Assembly: GCA_964544025.1 (NCBI GenBank)
Contig: CAZJCL010000001.1
Location: forward strand, 55,824-95,322
Length of the DNA: 39,499 nucleotides
Reading direction: 5' to 3'
DNA from: an uncultured Opitutales bacterium
GTDB taxonomy: Bacteria > Verrucomicrobiota > Verrucomicrobiia > Opitutales > T3Sed10-336
Made by a program: the position numbers and the translations under genes
Part shown: in pieces, positions 15,792 to 27,700 of the stretch
Position numbering within the stretch: position 1 is the first letter of the stretch
Layout of the letters: each line of letters starts with the position of its first letter
Notes under the pieces: model-generated
The model's input: only the letters and a program-made list of their open reading frames with translations
Told to the model about the DNA's origin: nothing
The model's database searches: none

Positions 15792-18700
15792 CTCGATTCC
15801 ATGTTGGCTGGTGAGGAGGCAGCGCCGGAGGCGGTTTACGTTTCGGCGATCGAGGTGGAGGAGACGGTTTGTGGCGCGGCGGCGATGGAGATGGAGGAGG
15901 GGAGCGAGGAGCTCTTCGACGGGGCGGCGGATTTGGAGTCGACGGCGTCTCCCTTGGAGGAACCGGGGGAAATGGCTATGCAGCCTTTCTCTGAAGTGGA
16001 GACGAGCGCTCCGGCGATTTTTCAAAGCGGTTTTACGATTATCGATCCGGGAACGACGCATACGTTTCGTTCGACGACGGGCGGCATTTTTTTCTCGGGT
16101 CCGGGATCGATTGACGGAACGCCGGGAGCGACGGAGGAGAACGTGCGTTTTATTTCGGCGACGGCGATTTCCATCGACGTTCCGATCGGCGGAGCGAGTC
16201 CGATTCACGATTTGATCGTTTCGGCCGGATCGAACATTTTTTTCGGCGGGAGCATTCACATCACCGGCGATTTGATCGTGGAGCGGGGGGCGCAGGTGAC
16301 GTTCGACCGCGACGTGACGGTGGAGGGGAACATCATTATCGGAGACGAATCGGCGCCAGGGGATGTGGGAGGCGTGACCTTCAACGCGAACAGCATCGTC
16401 AACGCCGGGGGCGAAATTCGTATTCATACGAGCGGTGGAGTGGAGTTTCGCAACAGCGTGGGCGCGACGATGGTTCCCGATTTGGTGGAAGTTGTCGCGG
16501 GCGGGACGGTCAATTTCTTTCACGAACTGACGGCGGGAACGGCGGCGGTTTCCGGGGCGAATGTGAATTTCGAGCGGGCGGTGCGCGTGGACGAAGCGTC
16601 GATCACGGCGGCGGATTTGCTGACGATTGGGAACGTATTCGAGATTGGAAACGGGGACGCGGTACTGACGGCGAACCGGGTCGGTTTCACGGGCGGTTAC
16701 GGGTCGTTGCAATCGACGGGCGCGGCGTCGACGTTGACGATCCGGCCTTTCACGGCGTCGCGGGCGATCGGGATCGGGGATCCTTCGGGCGGGACTTTCA
16801 ACCGGTTGCAGATTTCGCATGTGGAGTTGAACGCGATCAACAACGGATTTCGGGAGTTGATCATCGGAGATTTGGTGGCGGGGACGGGGGAAGTCCGGAT
16901 CGCGAATATCGGTTTGGCGCAAACGGTGGCAATCGCGCAGATCCAGAACGCGGCGACATTCGCGGGCGGATCGGTGATTGTGGAAGGACGCGTGGATGTG
17001 GATGGTCTCGCGGATTATCTTCGTTTGGTGGCGCGGACGGGGGATGTGGTGGTCGACGAGGCGATCAACCAATCCGCGACGGAGCGGAATGGATGGGTGC
17101 GGATCGAGGCGGCGCGGGATATCGTCGTGAACCGGCCGGTTTTCGCGCTGGACCGGATTTCGCTGACGGCGGGTTATTTTGGTGGAAACGGGAGCGTGAT
17201 CGTCCATTCGACGGGAGCGGATTCCGGGCAGTTGTGGACCACGGGAACGGGTCCGGCTTTTTCGGAGCGGAGGATTGAAATAAGCGCGGGCGAGGGTGGA
17301 GGAGATATTGTTTGGACGGACGGTTCCGGGGCGGTGACTTTTTGGGCGGCGGGTTCGGGCGGGGCGATTGCGATGCGGGCGCCGGCGGGGGCGATCAGGC
17401 AAAACGGCGGCGTGATTCGCGCCGAAGTGCTGGCGGTTCGGTCGTTTGGAGATGTTTCCATTGTGTCGGCGGAGGTGGACCGGATCGGGCTGGTGGAGTT
17501 TTCGGGCGCGGCGTTGTTTTCCGGAGTTGCGGATTCGATCGACGGTATTGTGATCGCGGGGCCGGGCTCGTTGAATTTTGCCGGATTGCAATCTTTGGTT
17601 GTTGATCGTGTGACCACCGATGGCGGCGACATAACGTTGATCACGAGGGCGGTGATCGGAGCGGATTTGACGCTTGGCCGAATTGCGTCCGGGAGCGGAA
17701 ATATTTCGTTGAGCGCCGACGGATCCATTGTGGATGGTTTGGCGGGGGCGGGTATTGTGAATCTTGCCACGAGCGGTCGGGTCGCGTTGATCGCGAGCTT
17801 GGGAATCGGCGGTTCGGGGAGCGCGGATATCGATACGCGTGTTGGAGGTTTGGCCGCGACGAATTTGGCGACCGGGGGGATTTACATTCACGACCGCGGG
17901 AATCTGGTGATCGATGGCGCGGTTGAGACGCTGGCCGGGGACGGATCGATTATTCTCGTGGCGGAGGGCGCGGTTTTCACGGTGAACGCGACGGTTTCGG
18001 CGCATGGCGGAGGGGACGTTTTGCTCGATGCGCCGGCGGGGGACCTTGTTTTGGATGCGGCGGTGAGGTCGGCGGAAGGACATTTGACGATCCGGGCGGA
18101 GAACAATCTCGCGTTGGCGGGTTCCGCTTCCGTCTGGACGGGTGCTCCTGGGACGATTTTGCTGCGGACGGCGACGGGGGCGATTTCGATGAGCGGAACT
18201 TCGGCGGTCGCGGCGACGGGATCGAATTTGCGGGTCGAGGGCGGCGGGGATATCGGGTTGGGAAATCTTTCGGCGGAGCGGGTGGCGGTGGTTTCGGCGG
18301 GAGGATCGATTTTCAATTCCAGCGGATCGGCGGCGAATGTGACGGCGGACGAGTTGCGGCTTGAAGCGGCGAAAGCGGTCGGTTCGGCGGCGGTTGCGTT
18401 GACGACGGATGTTGCGCGAATCGCGGCTTTTGCGGGAAGCGCGGATGGGGTGTCGAAGGGGATTTATCTTGCGCAAGACGGCGCGGTTTCGGTTTCGGAA
18501 ATCGGGCCGGTCTCGGTTGAGGCGGTTTCGGCGGAGGGTGGTTCGAGCACGGTTGCGGATGTTGGAGGGTTGAGCGGACTTCGGACGGGGAACAACGGCA
18601 ATATCGTGTTGGTCGCGGCGGGCGAGGCTCGCCTCGACGATGGAGCGGGGGATGGAATCGCGGTATCGGCGGACGGTTCGGGGCGGGTTCGGATCGAGGC

Positions 18701-21700
18701 GGCGGGGGCGGGGAGCGATGTTATCGCGTTGGGCGATGTCCGGAGCGCGACCGGTCATGTGACGATGGTCGCGGCCGGGGCGGTTTCTCTCGGAAGCGGA
18801 GTTTCAGTGGCGACGGCGGGGGCGGGGACGATTTTTATTCGGGCCGAGGGCGGAAGCGTGACGATGGCGGGCGACGCACGGGCGGTGGCCGCGAATTCGG
18901 CGGTGCGGGTTTCCGCTTTGTCCGATATTTATCTCGGCGAAATCGCCGGAGCGGATGTTTCGGTGGAGGCGGAAGGAGGGTCGATTTTGGCGGCGACGGG
19001 ATCGACGATGAACGTTGCGGCGTCGCGGCTTCGTTTGGAGGCGGACGGTTCGGCGGGAACGGAGGCGGCGCCACTGGTGACGAGCGTGACGCTGTTGGCG
19101 GCGGTGGCCCGCGGGAACGGCGGCGGTCGCGGGATTTTTGTGCGGCAGTATGGGGATGTTTCGGTGACGCCGCTTCGGATCGACGGGTTTGCCGTTTCGG
19201 CGGATGGGAGCGAGGTGCCGTGGTCGGACGGGATGTTGCCGGTGGTGGCGGAGAATGGCGGCGATGTGCGGATTGTCGCGGACGGATCGGTGGATTTGAT
19301 TGCCGGGACGGGGAGCGGGAACGCGGTTTTGGCGGGCGGTTTCGTTGAGGTTCGCGCGCAGGGAGTGGGGAGCGATCTGACGGTTTCGGGGGATGTTCGG
19401 GCGGAAAACGGGGCGGTCGATCTTTTCGCGGGCGGAAGCGTGGAGCTTGTTGTGGGGAGCGCGGTGGTGGCGGCGGGGAATAAGGCGGTCGCGATTCGGG
19501 CCGAGGGCGGGACGTTGACGATGGCGGATGGCGCGACGGTGGCGACGGCGGCCGGGCGGGTGACTTTGTTCGCGAAAGGGGATGTTCTGGTTTCGGCGAT
19601 AATTTCGGAAACGGGGGATTTGTTTGTCGCGAGCGAGGAAGGGGCGATTTTCGATAACACGGCGGCCGAGACTCCGAATTTGGCGACGCTCGGGACGGCG
19701 CATCTTTTGGCGGCAACCGGGATTGGCGTGGCGGGGGATGGCGATCTGGATTCGGGAGTTTCGTTTCTGACGGCGCGGAACACGACTTCGGGAGATATCG
19801 CGATTCATGCGGCACGGAATTTGACGATTTCGAGCGCGGCGGAAATCACGTCGGGCGGAGTGCGGAATGAAGGGGTTGGCGGTTCGGTTTTGATCGATAC
19901 GCGGAACGGATCGATTGCGGTTGCGGGGGAAATATTCGCGGAAGGCGGGAACATTCTTTTGGAAACGTCGGGAGTTGGCGGCGGGAATTTGCGGATCGAC
20001 GCGCCGGTGACGGCGGTTCGGGGAGCGATCACTTTGCACGCGCGGGAAGCGTTTTCGATCGACGCGGCGGTGGCGGCGGTCGCGGGGGGAACGATTTTTC
20101 TTTGGGCGGAAAACGGGGGGTTGACGCTTTCGCCGGGGGCGACGGTGACAACGGCGGATGAATCCATTTTTATCCGCGCTCATGGAAACGCGATTGTTAC
20201 CGGAATCGACGCGGGGACGGGCGGTGTTTCCGTGGTTTCCGGGACCGGCGCGATCATCGACGGTGGCGACGCGAACCGCGATATGGCGGCGGGGAGTTTG
20301 CGGTTGTCCGCTTTCGGCGGGATCGGCGCGGGGAACGCGCTGGATATCGACGTGCGGAATTTGGCGGCGGCGGCGAATGGCGGAATCGATTTGTCGAATT
20401 TCGGGGATGTGGCGGTGGATACGGTTTCGGCGGTTTCGGTCGAGCGGGTTTTGCGCGATAATACGGTCGCGATGGTTGGGGACGCGGGGCGGGTCAGCGA
20501 TTTGACGACGACGGGTGGGAATATCCGGCTAGTAAGCGAAACGGGAGCGATCACGTTGCGCGATGGATTTGATAACGATCTGGTCGCGGTGGATGCGGGA
20601 GGCGGGTCGATTTCGATTTTCGCGGCGACGGAGATTGCGCAGTTCGCCAACGTTGTGACGGCGGGTTCGGGGACGATCGCGTTGGGGGCGGAAAGTGGCT
20701 CGATTTTGATGAGCGATGGGGCGGCGGCGGTTGGTGTCGCCGGGTCGATCGTGTATTCGGCGGGTGGGGATATTTGGGTTTCGCGTATCGAAACCGCGAG
20801 TGGTGATTTGAGTCTGACGGCGGGGAGCCGGATTTTGGATAACACGGTCGCGGAAACGCCGAATTTGATCACGTCGGGTTTGGTTTCGTTGGATGCGCGG
20901 AACGGAATCGGGGACGTGGGAGTGGCGGATATCGACACGGAAGCCGGCTCGTTGGTCGCGGTCAACCGGATTGGCGGGCGAATCGTGATCGAGGAAGCGG
21001 ACGGTTTGGTGGTTTCGGGTTCGGGAATTTCGAATTTGGGCGGCGATATTTTGGTTACGGTCGTTGCGGGAAATCTTGTGGTCGGCGGCGATGTGTCGGC
21101 GGGTGGAGCGGGCAATGTTCTTCTTCGGACGACGGCGGGGAGCGGCGCGATTTCGGGGACGGCGAATGTTTCGACGGATTCCGGACATATTACGATTTTT
21201 TCGCCGCGCGCGATTCAATGGAGCGGATCCGCGAGGATTATGGCGGGAGGAGCGGGTTCGTTGACGGTTTCGGCGGGAGCGAGGTCGGTGAGTTTCGGGA
21301 GCGGAGTGTTGGTTGGTTCCACGAGTGGAGATGCGCGATTGACGGCGGCGGCGGATGTTTCGCTGGGCGGGGTTTCGACGAGCGGGAAAGTTTTTGTCCA
21401 GGCGGGGTCGGGGTCGATTTTCAATAACAGCGACACTTATGTGAACATCGTTGCGAGCGGTGTGCGTCTTGAGGCGGGGACGGGCGTCGGGGTTTTGGGC
21501 GCGTCGGCCCGTCCGGTGACGATCGACGCGGGAACAGTGGCGGCGCGGGCGACTTCCGGCGGGATCAATCTTCTCGAATCGACGTCGGTTTCGGTGGGGA
21601 GCGTTTCGGTTTTGACGCGACGAGTGAACGCGGATGGTTCGTTCACGGAGGAGACGGGGGCGGCGGTTTCGGATTTGGCGACGACGGGCGGAAACGGGTC

Positions 21701-24700
21701 GATCGTTTTGCGGACTTTGGATGGAGGAATCCGGTTGCTTGATGGAGACGTGGCGAATGGTGTCGCGGTGCAGGCTCATGGGAGCGGCAATGTTTTGCTG
21801 GAAGCGGGAGGCTCGGGGGCGGAGATTTTGGCCGGAGCCGATGTGCGGAGCGTTTCGGGGCATGTCTCGGTGGTGGCGGCGGGGTCGGTCGCGTTTTCGG
21901 CCGGGGCGGATATTTTGACCGGTTTGGCGGGAACGATTTATGTGGAGGCGGTTGCGGGTTCGGTTGCGATGGACGATGCGAGCCGGTTTAGCAGCGTGTC
22001 GGGCGGGATTCGCGTGGTGGCTGGCGGCGATGTTTTGCTGGGTGGAATCAGCACCGGGGGGAATGTGGCGATCATCGCGGGCGGGTCGATTTTGGACAAT
22101 GGCGATACGCGGGTCGATGTGAGCGCGAACGGGTTGCTGATGAACGCGGGTGTGGGAGTGGGAACGCTCGGAGCGGGAGCGAACGCGATCGAAACGAGCG
22201 TGAGCGTTTTGACGGCGAGGGGCGGCGCGGGAGGAATCCATGTGCGGGAAAGCGGCGACTTGGTTGTCGGCGATGTGACGGTGACGGTGAGGAAGGTTTC
22301 GGCGGACGGAACGGTCGCGGCGGTTGTCGAGGGAGCGCAATCGGATGTCGCGACGGTGAGCGGGGACGGATCGATCGTGCTTCGTTTGACGAACGGGTCG
22401 CTGCGCTTGACGGCGGGAGCGACGACGAGCGGAAATCTGGCGGTGAGCGCGCATGGCGCGGGGAATGTTTTGTTGGATACGATCGGGGCGTTTACGGAGA
22501 TTTTCGCCGACGCGGGAATCGGTTCCGGGTCGGGAAATATTTCCGTGACGAGCGCGATCCGGGCCGGGTTTGGCGCGGGCGCGGATATTCGGACGGGTTC
22601 TGACGGGACCATCGATGTGGTGGCGCGAACGGGTTTTATTTCGATGGATGGCGATAGCGTTTTCTCGGCGGAGGAAGGCGACATCCGGTTGATGGCTCCG
22701 GCGGAGATTTTGTTGGGCAGTTTGCGAACTGGAGGAAATGTTTCGGTGATTTCGCAGCTGGCCTCGATTCTCGACAACGGGAACGGGGGCGTGAACATCG
22801 AGGCTCGCGGGGCGCGGCTTTTCGCGTTGGCTGACATTGGCATTTTGGTGCCGATCGGGGTGGGTTCGGGTCCGAATCCGATCGATACGGATGTTGCGAT
22901 TCTCACGGCGCGTTCGCAGGCGGGGGATATTAACATTTTGGAGCGGAGATCGGTGACGGTGGCCGATGTCGCCGCGATGGTGAACCGGGTGAATCCGGAT
23001 GGATCGACGGCGGAGGTTCGCGACGAAGCGCAGGCGGATATTCTCACGCTGGGGGAAAACGGGTCGATCGTGCTGCGGAGCGAGGGCGGAGATATTTTCC
23101 TGAGCGACGGGGCGATGCTTGTCGATGGGAGCGCCGGGGAAGACGGGATCGCGGTATCGGCGCATGGATCGGGATCGATTTTGATCGAGGCGATGGGGGC
23201 GGGGACGGATGTCTCGGCGACCGCGGATATTCGTTCGGGAACGGGGCATATCACTTTGATCGGGGCGCGGTCGCTGGAGTTTGGCGGCGATACCGAAGTT
23301 TTCACCGGCGGCGGGGGAACGCTTTATCTGGAGGCGGTGACGGGGAACGTGGAGCAAGCGGGCGACAGCCGTTTCGTCGCGGATCAGGGCGATGTGCGGA
23401 TCGCGGCGGGGAATTCCATTTTGCTCGGTGGGGTGACGACGAATGGCGATGTTTCGTTGATTGCCGGGCGCGGGTCGATTTTGGACAGCGGGAACGTGGT
23501 GGGGCGCGAGAATGTGGTCGCGCGAGATTTGCGTTTGGTGGCGGGCAGCGGAATCGGGACGCCGGGGAACCATTTCGAAACGCGGGTGGAGGTTCTTTCG
23601 GCTCGGGCGGGCTCGGACGGAATTTTTCTCTGGGAAACGGACGGGCTGACCGTGGACGCGACGGGCGCGACCGTTTCGCGAGTGAACGCAGACAACACGT
23701 TGACGACGGTGAGCGACGCGGAGCAGAGCGGCGTGGCGACGGTCGCGGGCAACGGATCGATCGTGATCCGGACGCTGGGTGGAAACCTGACGTTGGACGA
23801 CGGCGTCGCGGGGGATGGCGATGCGATTTCGGCGCACGGTTCGGGAAATATTCTGCTGGAAGCGGCGGGCGCGGGAACGGATATTTTGGCGGGCGCGGCG
23901 ATTCGTTCGGGTTCGGGTCATGTGACATTGCTGGCGGCGCGGGCGGTTTATTTTTCCACCGGGGCCGATGTGGCGACGGGCGGGGCGGGGACGATCGAAA
24001 TCGCGGCCCGCGACGGGTCGATCACGATGGCGGATGGTGTTCGTTTTTCCAGCGGGAGCGGGGATTTGCGTTTGCATGCGGCGGGGAGTGTTTGGGTCGG
24101 CGGTTTGGCGACGGGTGGAAACGTTTCCATTCTCGCGGCGACGGGGTCGATTTTGGGGAATGGCGATGCGCAGATTGAGGTGGTGGCTTCGGGATTGCGC
24201 TTGGTGGCGGGCGTGGGAGTCGGGAAGTTGGGAGTCGGCGCGGTTCCATTCCGGACAACCGTGGCGACGGTGACGGCGCGCGCTGGAGGCGGTGGGATCA
24301 ATCTTTTGGAGACGGACGCGTTGGTTGTGGATGATGTCGCGGTGACGGTGAAGCGGGTGAACCAGGACGCGACGGTCACGGACTTTACGGACGCGGCGCA
24401 AGCGGATGTCGCGACGGTTTCGGAGAACGGAGGGATTGTGATTCGGACGTTGGCGGGGAGCTTGACGTTGAACGACGGGGCGGCGGGCGCGGATGGTTGG
24501 GCGGTTTCGGCGGACGGGTCGGGGAATGTTTTGGTGGAGGCGGGGGGCGTCGGGGCGATTGTTTTGGCGAACGCGGGAATCGTGGCTGGTTCGGGGCATG
24601 TTTCGGTGGTGGCCGCGCGATCGGTTTCGTTTGCGGGATCGGCAGGAATCGCGACGGGCGGTAGTGGGACGATTTTCATGGCTTCGATTTCGGGCAATGT

Positions 24701-27700
24701 TTCGCAGGCGGATGCTAGCCGTTTCGTGGCGGAGAATGGCGATGTGCGGGTGATCGCGGCGGGCGATTTCCGGATCGGGGGAATTACGACGGGCGGGAAT
24801 GTTTCGCTGATCGCGGAGAGCGGATCGATTTTGGACGGGGGAGACGCGTTTGGCGGGGAGGATGTGATCGCGAACCGGTTGCGGATGACGGCGGGCGCGG
24901 GAATCGGAACCGGGAACGCGATCGAGACGCGGGTTTCGCGGTTGAGCGCGCGGGCGGGCGCGGGCGGGATTTTCATTCGGGAAACGGATGCGCTGACGAT
25001 CGACGATACGTGGGCGAGCGTCTTGCGGGTTTTGGCGGACGGGGGAACGGTCGGGACTCTGGATTCGGCGCAGAGCGATGTGCGGACGGCGGATGGCGGG
25101 TCGATCGTGATTCGGAGCGCCGGCGGTTCGATTACGTTGAACGACGGGACGGCGTTGGCGGACGGGGTTTCGGTTTCGGCGGCGGGCGGCGGTAATGTTT
25201 TGGTGGAAACGATTGGTGGCGGCGGGGATGTCGGGGTGAGCGCCGATATCGTTTCGGGGAGCGGGCATGTGAGCGTGCTCGCCGGGAGAAATGTGCTTTT
25301 TGGGGCGGGTGCGGATATTTGGACGGGGGGAGCGGGGACGTTGAACATCGAGGCGGCGACGGGATCGGTCGTGATGGATGACGAAACGCGTTTTGGCGCG
25401 GAGACCGGAAGCGTTCGGGTTTACGCGGCGGTCGATGTGATAGTGGGCGGTGTTTCGACGGGTGGGGATGTTTCGATTTCGGCGGTTGGCGGGTCCATTC
25501 GCAGCGCGGGCGATAGTTATTTGGATGTCGTGGCGGATGGGTTGCGATTGGTCGCGGGGGGCGGAATCGGGAAATCGGGAGCGGAGAACGATCCGATCAG
25601 GACGTCGGTTGCGGTTTTGTCGGCTCGGACGGGTTCCGGCGGAATTAATTTGGTCGAGGCGGACGCGCTGGTTGTCGACGACGTGCGGGTCGCGGTGGAG
25701 CGGGTGAATTTCGATGCTTCGACGACCGCCGCGGTGGACGCGGTGCAATCGGGGATTGTTTCGGGTGGATCGGTTTTGTTGCGGACGCTGGGGGGGGATT
25801 TGACGTTGAACGCGGGTTCGGCTCCGGCGAACGGAATCGCGATTGAGAAGACGGGGGCGGGGACGATTCTTGTCGAGGCGGCGGGGGCGGGGACGAGCGT
25901 TTTTGTGAACGGGGAGATCGCCGGGTATCGCGGGGATGTTTCGGTGATCGCGGATCGATCGGTGGTTTTTGCGGACGCGGGGATTTCGTTGAACGTGATC
26001 TTCAGCGGGACGATTTTTGTGCGCGCGGGCGCGGGATCGATCGTGATGGAGGGGGAGAGCATTTTCCGGAGTGCGGGGGGGGATATGCGGTTGGAGGCTT
26101 TCGAGGATGTGCGGTTGGGGCAGCTTCGCGCGGGGGTTTACGGCGGGGGGACGACGATTTCGGTGACGGCGACTAGCGGGTCGATTTTGAATAACGCGCC
26201 GGAAATGTCGCTGAACGTGGCGGCGGACCGGTTGCGTTTGGTGGCGGGGATCGGTGTTGGGGTTTTGGGGGAGTTGGCTAAGGCTGTTGAAACGCAGGTG
26301 GGTTCGGTCGCGGTTCGGGCTGGGGGCGGCGGGATTAATATTTTGAATCGCGGGGATTTGGCGGTCGAGGGTGTCGCGTCGAAGGTGAACCGGGTGAATG
26401 AGGACGGGTCGGTGACGGCGTTGGCGGAAGCGGTGTTGTCGGATGTGCGGACGGTTTCGGGGAACGGCTCGATCGTGCTGCGGACACTGGGGGGAGATTT
26501 GACGTTGAACGACGGAACGGCTCCGGCGGACGGGATCGCGGTTTCGGCGCATGGAACCGGAAACATTCGGTTGGAGGCGGCTGGTGCGGAATCGGATTTG
26601 TTGGTGAACGCGAACGTGGAATCGGGGGGCGGTTATATCTCGATGCTCGGCGGGCGGGATATTCGTTTCGCGGCGGGAGTGCGGGTTTCGGGCAGCGGGA
26701 AGACGCTGGATCTGGAGGCGGGTTCCGGATCGATTGTGATGGGCGATGGAACGGTTTTTGACGGGGGAGCGGCGGATATTCGTTTGCGGGCCGGGCTGGA
26801 TGTTGTGGTGGGGGGAATCGCGACGAGCGGGAATGTTTCGATCACGTCGGTCGCGGGTTCGGTTTTGAGCGGAGGGAAGGCGGAAGTGGATGTGGCGGCG
26901 AACGGATTGCGGTTGGCGGCGGGGACCGGAGTGGGAACGCTGGGGGTGGGGGCGAAGGCGTTGCGGACGGCGGTGGCGACGTTGAGCGCGCGGAGCGAAA
27001 CGGGGAGCATTAATATTTTGAATACGGGAATGCTCGCGGTCGACGATGTCGCGGTTTCGGTTTTCCGGGTGGGAATCGACGGTGTCGCGGATGTGGTGAC
27101 GGACGCGGCGCAATCGGATGTGCGGACATTCGGCGGGAACGGGTCGATTATTTTGCGGACGGTGGCGGGGAATTTGACGTTGAATGATGGGACGGCTTCG
27201 GCGGATGGCGTGGCGGTTTCGGCGCATGGAACGGGGAATATTTTGCTCGAGGCGGGCGGGGCGGTTTCGGATTTGGCGGTGAACGCGGAGGTGCGTTCGG
27301 GTTCGGGGAATATCACGTTGCTGGCGGGGCGGAACGTGGGGATCGGGGCAGTTTCGGTGACGACGGGCGGGGCGGGAACGATCGATGTGGAGGCGGAAGC
27401 GGGTTCGATTTCGATGGCGGACGGGGGATCGATTTCGGCGGCGGATGGGAACGTGCGATTGCATGCGGCGGGGGATGTGATTTTGAGCGGCATCCGGACG
27501 AGCGGCGATGTCGCGGTGACTGCGAATTGGGGGTCGATTTTGGATGGAGGCGATACTTACGTCGATGTGGCAGCGAATGGATTGCGATTGTTGTCACGCG
27601 GGGGAATTGGGACGTTGGGGACGGGAGCAAACGGGATCGAAACGGCGGTGGCGACGCTGAGCGCACGAGCGGACGACGGTGGTATTCACATCGTGGAAGC

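Noticed and set aside
15720-17700. Classifying genes 1 and 3 as FhaB/TPS exoproteins, autotransporters or RTX adhesins
   Set aside because: The N-terminus of gene 3 has no Sec signal followed by a TPS domain (no NPNL/NPNGI). The gene-1 C-terminus has no beta-barrel-like end (it ends ..LLVSGSYRT, with no terminal aromatic). I saw no GGxGxD nonapeptide arrays. The generic 'beta-solenoid surface protein' call is all the sequence supports.
20529-27464. A 2,311-codon minus-strand ORF, the longest closed ORF listed in this region
   Set aside because: It is codon-aligned antisense to the + strand giant gene. Its product is Arg/Pro/His/Asn-rich low complexity (..RRNRSPVRHRNRTRFRLH..) with no domain-like periodicity. 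It ends exactly at a sense CTA codon (20529). The + frame gives a coherent repeat protein.
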